The notes beneath the pieces were generated by a model. That model was not told the origin of the DNA. It did no database searches and worked only from the letters and a program-made list of their open reading frames with translations. A stretch of 53,959 nt of DNA from Nitriliruptorales bacterium (GTDB lineage Bacteria; Actinomycetota; Nitriliruptoria; Nitriliruptorales; Nitriliruptoraceae), in assembly GCA_041591915.1 (NCBI GenBank), contig JBFHRB010000001.1, positions 1 through 53,959 on the forward strand, given 5' to 3'. Each line of letters starts with the position of its first letter. Positions within the stretch are counted from its first letter, which is position 1. Positions 33,770 to 41,675 of this stretch are shown here, piece after piece. A program made the position numbers and the translations under genes.

Positions 33770-34564
33770 GTGCGGCTCCATTCGGTGCACCGGGGCTCGG
33801 GTGAGCCGATGCTCCTCATCCACGGACTCGGGGCGAGCCATCGCGTCTGGGACCACGTCATCGACCTGCTCGCGCAGCATCACGAGGTGAACGCGCTCGA
33901 CCTCCCGGGCTTCGGCAAGTCCGCGCCACTGCAGCAGCACCCCACGCCCGTCAACCTCGCGGACGCCGTGGCGTCGCACATGGCGGCGCTGGGATGGGAG
34001 ACCGCGCACGTCGTCGGCAACTCCCTCGGTGGGCTCGTCTCCATGCAGCTCGGCCGCCTGGGCCACGCCCGCAGCATCACGGCGCTCTCGCCCGGCGGCA
34101 TGGCGCAGGGCCTCGACCACGCGTGGGCGATGGGCCTCCTGCGTGCCCAGGTCACCGTCGGCAAGCCGCTGCGGGATCGCCTGCCGGCCCTCGCGAGGAC
34201 GCGCGTCGGTCGCGAGGCCCTGCTGCGCGGCGTCGTCGAGCGCCCCGGCAACATCGACCCCGAGCTCGCCGTGCACATCGCGACGAACTTCGTCGACTCG
34301 CCGTCGACCAGCGATGCGATCGAGCACTTCGACCCGGCCCCGATCGTCGACCACCTCGACGAGATCCACTGCCCGGTCACGATCGCGTGGGGCACGAAGG
34401 ACCGGCTGCTCGTCAAGGCGCAGGGCGAGCGCTACAAGCGGGCCATGCCGCAGGCACGGCTCATCGCGCTGCGCGGGCTCGGCCACATGCCCATGAGCGA
34501 CGACCCGCACCTCGTGACCGAGGTCATCCTGCGGACCACCGGCGCACTGGCCTCGGGTGGCTGA
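33770..34564 (+). CDS. Alpha/beta hydrolase
   Basis: Motifs: LLIHGLGASHRVW and the GNSLGG elbow, with a late GHMP His. Confidence 0.85.
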   Translation: MRLHSVHRGSGEPMLLIHGLGASHRVWDHVIDLLAQHHEVNALDLPGFGKSAPLQQHPTPVNLADAVASHMAALGWETAHVVGNSLGGLVSMQLGRLGHARSITALSPGGMAQGLDHAWAMGLLRAQVTVGKPLRDRLPALARTRVGREALLRGVVERPGNIDPELAVHIATNFVDSPSTSDAIEHFDPAPIVDHLDEIHCPVTIAWGTKDRLLVKAQGERYKRAMPQARLIALRGLGHMPMSDDPHLVTEVILRTTGALASGG

Positions 34565-36128
34565 CCTCCCGCCCGACGAGGACCTGATCGGCGCCCCGGC
34601 CGCGGAGGAGCCGTCGCTCACCCGACGCACGATCTCGGGCCTGCAGTGGACGTACGCCCAGACGGGCGTCAACGCGGTGCTGCAACTCGCGGTCGCGGCG
34701 GTCCTCGCACGCCTGCTCACACCCGAGGCGTTCGGCCTGGTCGCGATCGGCGACCTCACGCTGCGCTTCGTCAACTACATCGCGCGTGCCGGCATCGCGC
34801 AGGCGGTCGTGCAGAAGCCGGACCTCGACGAGCGCGACGTCCGCGCCGCCTTCCTCGACAGCACGGGCCTGAGCATCGTGTTCTTCGGGGTCGCGTGGCT
34901 CATCGCACCGGCCGCCGCCGCACTCTTCGAGGCGCCCGACGCCGTGCCGGTCCTGCGCTGGATGGCCCTGAGCCTGCCGCTGTACGGCATCGGCGCCGTC
35001 GCCGACGGGCTGCTCCGGCGCGACCTGCGGTTCAGGGCCGTGGCGCTCCGCGACATCGCGTCGTACGTCCTGGGCTACGGCATCGTCGCGATGATCGGAG
35101 CCGCGCAGGGGTGGGGCGTGTGGGCGCTCGTCGCCGCGACGCTCACCCAGACCGGCTCGAAGTCGGTGCTGGCCTTCATCGCCCGCCCACACGCGGTGCG
35201 GCCGACGATCGACCGTGCGGCGCACCGGGCGGTACTGGGCTTCGGCAGCCGTGTCTCGCTGATCAGCTTCTTCGAGTTCCTCGGTGGCGAGCTCGACACC
35301 ATCGCGGTCGGCCGGTTCGCCGGGACGAGCGCACTCGGCCTCTACAACCGCGCCTACCTGATCGTGCGGCTGCCCGTCTACCACCTGACGACCAGCCTCT
35401 CGAAGGTGCTGTTCCCGGCCTTCAGTGCCGTGCAGCGCGAGACCGAGCGGCTCCGGAGCGCGTACCTGGGCGCCGTCCGCGTCACGGCCGCGCTCGTGAT
35501 CCCGACGGCTGCCGGCATCGCGGCGGCGCGTGAGGAGATCGTCCGCGTCATCCTCGGCGACCAGTGGCTCGACGCCATCCCCGTCCTGCCGTGGATCGCG
35601 GTCGCGTCGGCGCTGGGCATGATCACCCACTTCGCGGCGCTGGTGGCCGAGGCGCAGGCAGCGCTCAACCGCAAGATCGTCCTGGCGATCTCGAAGGTCG
35701 TCGTGCTCGCCGCGCTGCTCGCGGGTGCCTCGCTACAGGACGAGCTGTGGGCGTACGGCGCTGCGCTGGCCGGGGCGGCGCTGTGGGTCCACCTCGGGTA
35801 CCTGCTCCTGATCGGACGGCTGCTGCAGATGCCCGCTCGCACGCCGGTCCTCGCCTACGCGCCCGCCGTGCTCGCCGGCGCCATCGTCGCCGGGGCGATC
35901 TCCCTCGCCCGCCTCCCCCTCGTCGCCGACCACGTCAACGACGTCGTGGTGCTCGTCGTCGAGGTGATGGTCGGGGCGATAGCGTTGCCGCTGATGGTGC
36001 GCTTCGGCCCGCTGACGGCCGTCCGCGACGAGATCGGGCTGAGGCTGCACAACGCTGGTCTCACGAGCGGATCGGGCCGCCGCGCCCGCTGGGCGCGCCG
36101 TCTCGGCGGCGACCCGACCGACAGGTGA
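34557..36128 (+). CDS. Polysaccharide/oligosaccharide flippase (Wzx-like, MOP superfamily)
   Basis: Multi-pass hydrophobic protein. The N-terminal pattern (ISGLQWTYAQTGVNAVLQLAVAAVLARLLTPEAFG) is family-typical. Confidence 0.8.
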   Translation: MADLPPDEDLIGAPAAEEPSLTRRTISGLQWTYAQTGVNAVLQLAVAAVLARLLTPEAFGLVAIGDLTLRFVNYIARAGIAQAVVQKPDLDERDVRAAFLDSTGLSIVFFGVAWLIAPAAAALFEAPDAVPVLRWMALSLPLYGIGAVADGLLRRDLRFRAVALRDIASYVLGYGIVAMIGAAQGWGVWALVAATLTQTGSKSVLAFIARPHAVRPTIDRAAHRAVLGFGSRVSLISFFEFLGGELDTIAVGRFAGTSALGLYNRAYLIVRLPVYHLTTSLSKVLFPAFSAVQRETERLRSAYLGAVRVTAALVIPTAAGIAAAREEIVRVILGDQWLDAIPVLPWIAVASALGMITHFAALVAEAQAALNRKIVLAISKVVVLAALLAGASLQDELWAYGAALAGAALWVHLGYLLLIGRLLQMPARTPVLAYAPAVLAGAIVAGAISLARLPLVADHVNDVVVLVVEVMVGAIALPLMVRFGPLTAVRDEIGLRLHNAGLTSGSGRRARWARRLGGDPTDR

Positions 36129-36129
36129 G

Positions 36130-37062
36130 GTGAGCGTGGGGTTCAAGCAGCAGGTCAAGGGCGCGCTCGAGAAGGCGTTGCCGGAGGCCGCGTTCGAGCG
36201 CCTCGACCGGGGCGTCGACATGGCGCGCTACGAGGCGTTCCGGCGTCGGTGGGCCCGCTCGGCCGGCAACCCGACGAAGGCGCGCGGCACGATCCTGTTC
36301 TACCCGCGGCTCCCCACCGAGTGGCACAGCTTCTGGAAGCTCGCGGCGGCGACCAACCACCACATCACCGACGACCCCGCGGCCGACGGCATCGTCGCGG
36401 CCATCCGCTTCTACGACCGCACCGACTGGGTGCCGGACGAGGCGTTGCGTGCCGTGGCGAAGCGGCTGCCGGTCGCCAACCTCGAATGCAACGACATCTC
36501 GAAGTCCCACGTCAACGACGTGTTCGCGGAGACCTTCGGGTACGAGCTGGGGGTCGACCCCCTCACCCACGACGGCACGATGGTCGTCAAGTCCGAGGAG
36601 AACGCGACGCACGACGGCCGCTTCGTCGAGGGCCCCATCGGCGAGCGCGAGCCGGAGATGAGCTATCAGCGCTACGTCAACGCACGCCCCGAGGAGGGTG
36701 CCGACCACATCGTCGTGCTGCGCACCCCGATCGTCGGCGCGGACATCCCGCTCGTCTACCGCAAGTACCGCACGCTCGAGCACCAGCTCTCCAACGAGAA
36801 GTTCCGCGTGACCATGCACGCGACCGACGAGGTCTACAGCGAGGAGGAGCGCGCGCAGATCCTCGCGTTCTGTGCCGCCTTCAACCTCGACCTCGGCGAG
36901 ATCGACGTGCTGCGAGACCTCCACGACGGGCGCATCTACATCGTCGATGCCAACAACACGCCCTGGGGCCCGCCGCGCGGGATGCCGGAGGCGGACGAGC
37001 GCCGCGCGATCGAGCTGCAGGTCGACGCGTTCCAGCGCCTCCTCGACCGCGGACGCGGCTGA
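36130..37062 (+). CDS. ATP-grasp-fold protein of unknown function (sugar-transfer-associated ATP-grasp-like)
   Basis: The C-terminal GEIDVLRDLHDGRIYIVDANNTPWGPP resembles the ATP-grasp Mg/ATP loop. VVKSEENATHDG resembles the central Lys region. It starts 1 nt after the flippase stop. Confidence 0.55.
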   Translation: MSVGFKQQVKGALEKALPEAAFERLDRGVDMARYEAFRRRWARSAGNPTKARGTILFYPRLPTEWHSFWKLAAATNHHITDDPAADGIVAAIRFYDRTDWVPDEALRAVAKRLPVANLECNDISKSHVNDVFAETFGYELGVDPLTHDGTMVVKSEENATHDGRFVEGPIGEREPEMSYQRYVNARPEEGADHIVVLRTPIVGADIPLVYRKYRTLEHQLSNEKFRVTMHATDEVYSEEERAQILAFCAAFNLDLGEIDVLRDLHDGRIYIVDANNTPWGPPRGMPEADERRAIELQVDAFQRLLDRGRG

Positions 37063-37071
37063 CCGGGCCGC

Positions 37072-39126
37072 TCAGCCGACGCGCAGCTCGAACGTGCCGG
37101 ACGCGTCCAGCGTCAGGTGCTGGCCCGGGGCGACCACGATCACCGTGAACGGCTCCTCGACGATCGCCGGCCCCTCGATACGGACCCCCGCGCCCAGCCT
37201 CGGTCCCGCGAAGACCGGCGTGGTCACGAAGCCGTCACCGAAGTGGACCTCTCGCTCGCCGGTCCGGGCTGCCTCGGGGTCATCGACGTCGCCGGTGACA
37301 CCGAGGCTCTGGGGCTTGTTGGTCTCGCCGGTGACCACGAGGCGGACCGAGCGCAGCAGCGGGCCCTGCTCGCGGAAGCAGTAGCCGCGGTCGGCCTCGT
37401 GCAGGTCGTGGAAGTCGGCGGCGAGCCTCGCGAGGTCGATGTCCTGGCCGGCCGGGACGGGGACGGACAGGTCGAAGTTCTGGCCCGGATAGCAGGTGTT
37501 GGCGAACGCCTGGAAGTGCACCCGGTCGGACGGGAGGCCGGCCGGCGCCAGGTCCTTGCGGGCCTCGTCGGCGAGCTCGTCGACCAGCCGTCGCAGGGTC
37601 GCGGGGTCGGCGCCGGCGACCGGCGTGACGTACGACTTCGCGAGGTCGACCACGTAGTCGGCGACGAGCAGGCCGAGGGCCGAGAACGCCGGGGCGGTCC
37701 GCGGGATCAGGACACGGTCGATCCCGAGCTCCTGCGCCTGCGCCCAGGCGTGGACCGGCCCGTTGCCGCCGTAGGCGACGAGCGCGAGCGTGCGCGGGTC
37801 GACGCCCTTCGTCGACAGCACGCGCCGGACGGCATCGGCCATCGTCGCGTTTACGACGCGCTCGATGCCCCAGGCCGCCTCCGTGACGTCGATGCCGAGC
37901 GGCTCGGCGACGTCGCGGGTGATGGCCTCCCGTGCGGCGTCGACGTCGAGCGTCATCCGGCCACCTGCGAAGCCCTCGACCGGCAGGTAGCCCAGCACGA
38001 CGTCTGCGTCGGTCACGGTGGCGCGCGTCCCGCCCCGGCCGTAGCAGGCGGGCCCGGGGTCGGCGGCGGCGGACTCCGGCCCTACCCGCAGGATGGAGGC
38101 CTCGACCGTCGCGATCGATCCGCCCCCGGCGCCGACGGCCTGGACGTCCACCATCGGGATGTCCACGTAGTACCGGTGCCGCCAGTTCCAGAACGTCGAG
38201 ATCTCCGGCTGCCCGCCACGGACGAGGCCCACGTCGTAGCTGGTCCCGCCCATGTCCACCGACACGAAGTCGCTGACGTCGGCGTCCCCGGCGGCCCGGG
38301 CCGCACCGAGCACCCCGCCCGCGGGCCCGCTGCCGAGCAGCGTCACCGCCCGTGACGTGACGTACTCCGGGGTCATCACGCCGCCCGTCGCCTGCATGAT
38401 CAACAGTTGCCCGCCGTACCCGCCGTCGCGGAGCCGTTCGACGAGCCGCTCGAGGTACGCGGCGAGGACCGGCGCCACGTAGGCGTTCACCAGCGTCGTG
38501 GAGACGCGCTCGAACTCGGGTGCCTTCGGCAGGACCTCGTGGCTGAGCGAGATGTGCCGGACGTCGGGGTACTCGTCGAGGATCAGCTCGCGGGTCCGCA
38601 GCTCGTGCGTCGGGTCGACGAACGAGTAGAGGTAGCAGACGGCGATCGACTCGACGTCGAGCTGGCGGAGGCGCCGGACGCCGCGCCGGACGGCGTCCTC
38701 GTCGAGTGGGAGCAGGACCTTGCCGCGGTGGTCGATCCGCTCGGGGATGGCGATGCGTGCGCGGCGACGGGCGATCGGGTGTGGCGGCGGCGCGGCCGGG
38801 TCCCAGATGTCCTCCTTGTAGCCGCGGCGGAGCTCGATCTCGTCGCGATGGCCCTCGGTGGTGAGCAGGCCCGTGCGCGCCCCGTTCATCTCGATCATCG
38901 TGTTGTCGGCGGTCGTCGTGCCGTGGACGACCGCGTCGAGCTGCTGGCAGAAGGCACGCGCCTCGAGCCCGAACCGCTCGGCCAGGAGCTCGATCCCGGC
39001 CATCACACCGACACTGCGATCCGCCGGCGTGGTCGGCGTCTTGTCGAGCACGACCTCGCCCTCGGGCGTGACGCAGATGAGGTCGGTGAACGTCCCGCCG
39101 ACGTCGATCCCGATCCGGTAGCCCAA
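37072..39126 (-). CDS. hyuA: Hydantoinase/oxoprolinase family protein, A (beta-type) subunit
   Basis: The N-terminal MGYRIGIDVGGTFTDL (ASKHA-fold ATPase) and the 684-aa length are typical of HyuA, N-methylhydantoinase A and acetone carboxylase beta. Confidence 0.9.
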   Translation of the reverse strand: MGYRIGIDVGGTFTDLICVTPEGEVVLDKTPTTPADRSVGVMAGIELLAERFGLEARAFCQQLDAVVHGTTTADNTMIEMNGARTGLLTTEGHRDEIELRRGYKEDIWDPAAPPPHPIARRRARIAIPERIDHRGKVLLPLDEDAVRRGVRRLRQLDVESIAVCYLYSFVDPTHELRTRELILDEYPDVRHISLSHEVLPKAPEFERVSTTLVNAYVAPVLAAYLERLVERLRDGGYGGQLLIMQATGGVMTPEYVTSRAVTLLGSGPAGGVLGAARAAGDADVSDFVSVDMGGTSYDVGLVRGGQPEISTFWNWRHRYYVDIPMVDVQAVGAGGGSIATVEASILRVGPESAAADPGPACYGRGGTRATVTDADVVLGYLPVEGFAGGRMTLDVDAAREAITRDVAEPLGIDVTEAAWGIERVVNATMADAVRRVLSTKGVDPRTLALVAYGGNGPVHAWAQAQELGIDRVLIPRTAPAFSALGLLVADYVVDLAKSYVTPVAGADPATLRRLVDELADEARKDLAPAGLPSDRVHFQAFANTCYPGQNFDLSVPVPAGQDIDLARLAADFHDLHEADRGYCFREQGPLLRSVRLVVTGETNKPQSLGVTGDVDDPEAARTGEREVHFGDGFVTTPVFAGPRLGAGVRIEGPAIVEEPFTVIVVAPGQHLTLDASGTFELRVG

Positions 39127-39135
39127 GGGTCGTCC

Positions 39136-39777
39136 TCAGTTCGTGCTGGGGTCGGCGCCGCCGTGCCTCGTCAGCAGGAAGCAGGCGAAGTTGGTCGACG
39201 GTGGGGGCTCCGGGAGCCGCTCGATGTCGAAGTCGTCGGCGAAGAGTTCGCCGACCTCGTGCGGCTCCAGGCCCGGGTAGAGGCGCGACGGGCCCTCCAT
39301 GGAGAACAACGGCAGGTCCGAGCGTGCCGCGTGGAAGCACCAGAAGACGACCTCTGACCCCGGATGGGACAGACGGCGGATGGTCGCCGCCATCCGGGCG
39401 CGGTCCTCGCCCTGGAAGTCGTCGAGCACGCCGAAGTCGACCAGCAGGTCGTAGGTGGGGAGCAGACCGTCGATGTGGTCGGCCAGGAGGTCGCCCTCGA
39501 CCCAGGTGATGGCATCCGCGACGCCGGCGTCGACGGCGCGGGCCCGCGCCTTGTCGAGCGCGACGGGGGAGAAGTCGACGCCGGTCGCGTCGAACCCCTG
39601 CTCCGCGAGGTACACGACGTTCGCCCCGGTCCCGCACCCGAGGTCGATGGCGGTCTGGTGCGTCTGCGGCGTGACGCGCCCCGACTCGACGAGCCCTCGC
39701 AGCTCCGTGCGGATACCGACGGCGTCCCATGGTGCCCAGACGCGGTACATCCAGTCGTAGACGCGCTTGCCGACCAT
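39136..39777 (-). CDS. Class I SAM-dependent methyltransferase
   Basis: Motif I is AIDLGCGTGANVVYLAEQG, followed by the acidic loop GVDFSP. Confidence 0.85.
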   Translation of the reverse strand: MVGKRVYDWMYRVWAPWDAVGIRTELRGLVESGRVTPQTHQTAIDLGCGTGANVVYLAEQGFDATGVDFSPVALDKARARAVDAGVADAITWVEGDLLADHIDGLLPTYDLLVDFGVLDDFQGEDRARMAATIRRLSHPGSEVVFWCFHAARSDLPLFSMEGPSRLYPGLEPHEVGELFADDFDIERLPEPPPSTNFACFLLTRHGGADPSTN

Positions 39778-39780
39778 CGC

Positions 39781-41613
39781 CTACCCCCCGGTTCGTGCGG
39801 CCCGCAGCTCCGCACGCCGGGCCGCTGTCGCCCCAGCGTCCACCTCCAGGGTGAGGTCGTCCAGCGACCCCGCCAGCACCACCCCGTAGTCGCGGTCAGC
39901 CCCCTCGACCGAGACGTACTCGTCGAGGACGTCGTCGAGCACCGCCTCGGGGTCGCGGTCGAGCGGGTCGCCCCAGCCGCCACCGCCGCCGAACTCGTAG
40001 ACCACGCGGTCGCCGGCCTCGTGCGGCACCCACTCGGCCGTGAAGTCGACGTCGACCTCGTGCTCGGTCCCGGCGCGCAGCAGCAACCGGTTCGGGCGCC
40101 CGTCGTGGCCGCCGGCGATGCCGGGCATGGGGTACTTCTTGCCGACGACATAGGTGTGCACGGCGGCCGGGACGGTCGTCTCCTTGACGTACAGCGAGCC
40201 GCAGCCGCCCCGCCATCGCCCCGGCCCGCCGGAGTCGGTCAGGTAGTCGCGGCTCCACAGCACGTGCGGGGTCGAGGGCTCGTGCAGCTCGGCCGGGGCC
40301 TTGAAGAGGTTGCCGAAGGCCGCGTTCTTGGCGCCCCAGCCGTCCTGTCCCTCGACCGCCTGCACCCACGCGGCGAACACCTCGCCGCCGTGGTCGATGA
40401 AGCGGTTCCCGTCCTCGTCGTCACCGGCGAAGATGATCGGGATGCCGAGCTTGTAGATCTGCGGCGCGGCCCGCCCGGGCATGACGTGGGCCATCGCGAG
40501 CGCCACCGCCTCGCCGACCTCGGTCCCCGGATGGTGCGAGCCCGCACTGACGGGCTTGGGGTGGCGGGGGTTCAGCACGCAGCCCTCGGGGATGACGAGG
40601 GTCACGTTGTCGAAGAAGCCCTCGTTCTTGGGGATCTCGGGATCGACGAGCGAGGCCAGCTGCGCGATGACGTACCCGCGCGTGTTGCCGTACGTCGACC
40701 ACGCCTGGATCTCGTCGCGCTCGTCGCTGCCCGTGAAGTCGACGACGAGCTCGTCCCCGTCGATCGTGACCTCGCAGTGGATGTGGATGTCGGTGTGCCC
40801 GAGGGGGTCGTGGTCGAGGTAGACGTCCGCGGCATACGTGCCGTCCGGCCAGGACGCGACGGCCTCGCGGAACCTCCGTGCGGCGTAGTCGACGGAGAAG
40901 TCCATCGCGCCCTCGGCGGTGGCCACGCCGTGCTGGGTGATGATGGCCTTGAGGCGTTCGGCGCCCAGCTGTGCCGCCCCGATCTGCGCACGGATGTCAC
41001 CGATGAAGCCGGGCAGGCGGGTGTTCGAGGCCATCGCGTAGAGGAGGTCGCGGCGCTCCTCGCCGCGGTCCACGACCTTGACCGCCGGCCACCGCACGCC
41101 CTCGGCCCAGATCTCGGTCGCGCTGACGTTGTAGCCGCCGGGGGAGGAGCCGCCCGTGTCCCCGTGGTGGCACTGGATCGACGCGATGCAGACCAGCTGG
41201 CCGTCGACGATCACCGGCGCGTAGACGTTGTAGTCCGGGAGGTGGCCACCGCCGTGGTAGGGGTCGTTGCTCACGAAGACGTCGCCCTCGCGCCACTCGT
41301 CCGGCTCGAAGAAGCCGAGGGCGAACCGCACCGGCAGCGTCGAGGTGAGCATGAACTGCGGGATGCCGACGCTGAGCGCGACGAGGCGGCCGTTGCGATC
41401 GAGGATCGTGGCGTTGCGTTCGTTGCTCTGGTTGAGGATCGGCGTCGTGGCGGTGCGCGAGACGTAGGTCGCCATCTCGAAGCACACCGTCTCCATGCCG
41501 GAACGGATGACCGATGCGGTGACGGCGTCGCAGGCCCCGGCCTCGCGCAGGCGCGGGCGTTTCGCGGCCAGCGCCTCGACGTCCGTGAACGTCGTGCTCG
41601 CTCCTCGAGCCAC
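39781..41613 (-). CDS. hyuB: Hydantoinase B/oxoprolinase family protein
   Basis: The GTG start is preceded by GGAGGAGGG. Length is 610 aa. HyuB-type sequence runs throughout (DPYHGGGHLPD, GGGGWGDPLDRDPE). Confidence 0.9.
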   Translation of the reverse strand: MARGASTTFTDVEALAAKRPRLREAGACDAVTASVIRSGMETVCFEMATYVSRTATTPILNQSNERNATILDRNGRLVALSVGIPQFMLTSTLPVRFALGFFEPDEWREGDVFVSNDPYHGGGHLPDYNVYAPVIVDGQLVCIASIQCHHGDTGGSSPGGYNVSATEIWAEGVRWPAVKVVDRGEERRDLLYAMASNTRLPGFIGDIRAQIGAAQLGAERLKAIITQHGVATAEGAMDFSVDYAARRFREAVASWPDGTYAADVYLDHDPLGHTDIHIHCEVTIDGDELVVDFTGSDERDEIQAWSTYGNTRGYVIAQLASLVDPEIPKNEGFFDNVTLVIPEGCVLNPRHPKPVSAGSHHPGTEVGEAVALAMAHVMPGRAAPQIYKLGIPIIFAGDDEDGNRFIDHGGEVFAAWVQAVEGQDGWGAKNAAFGNLFKAPAELHEPSTPHVLWSRDYLTDSGGPGRWRGGCGSLYVKETTVPAAVHTYVVGKKYPMPGIAGGHDGRPNRLLLRAGTEHEVDVDFTAEWVPHEAGDRVVYEFGGGGGWGDPLDRDPEAVLDDVLDEYVSVEGADRDYGVVLAGSLDDLTLEVDAGATAARRAELRAARTGG

Positions 41614-41638
41614 GCGCCCTCCTCCGGTCGGCGCTCCC

Positions 41639-41652
41639 TGACGCGCGTGTCA
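41639..41652. promoter_or_regulatory. Palindromic operator-like site, TGAC-N6-GTCA class (TGACGCGCGTGTCA)
   Basis: The minus strand reads CTACCGTTCCCTGACACGCGCGTCAGGGAG. TACCGT, a -10-like hexamer (41657-41662), lies immediately upstream. Same layout as the 2088 site. Confidence 0.75.
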
Positions 41653-41675
41653 GGGAACGGTAGTGGACGGGACGG

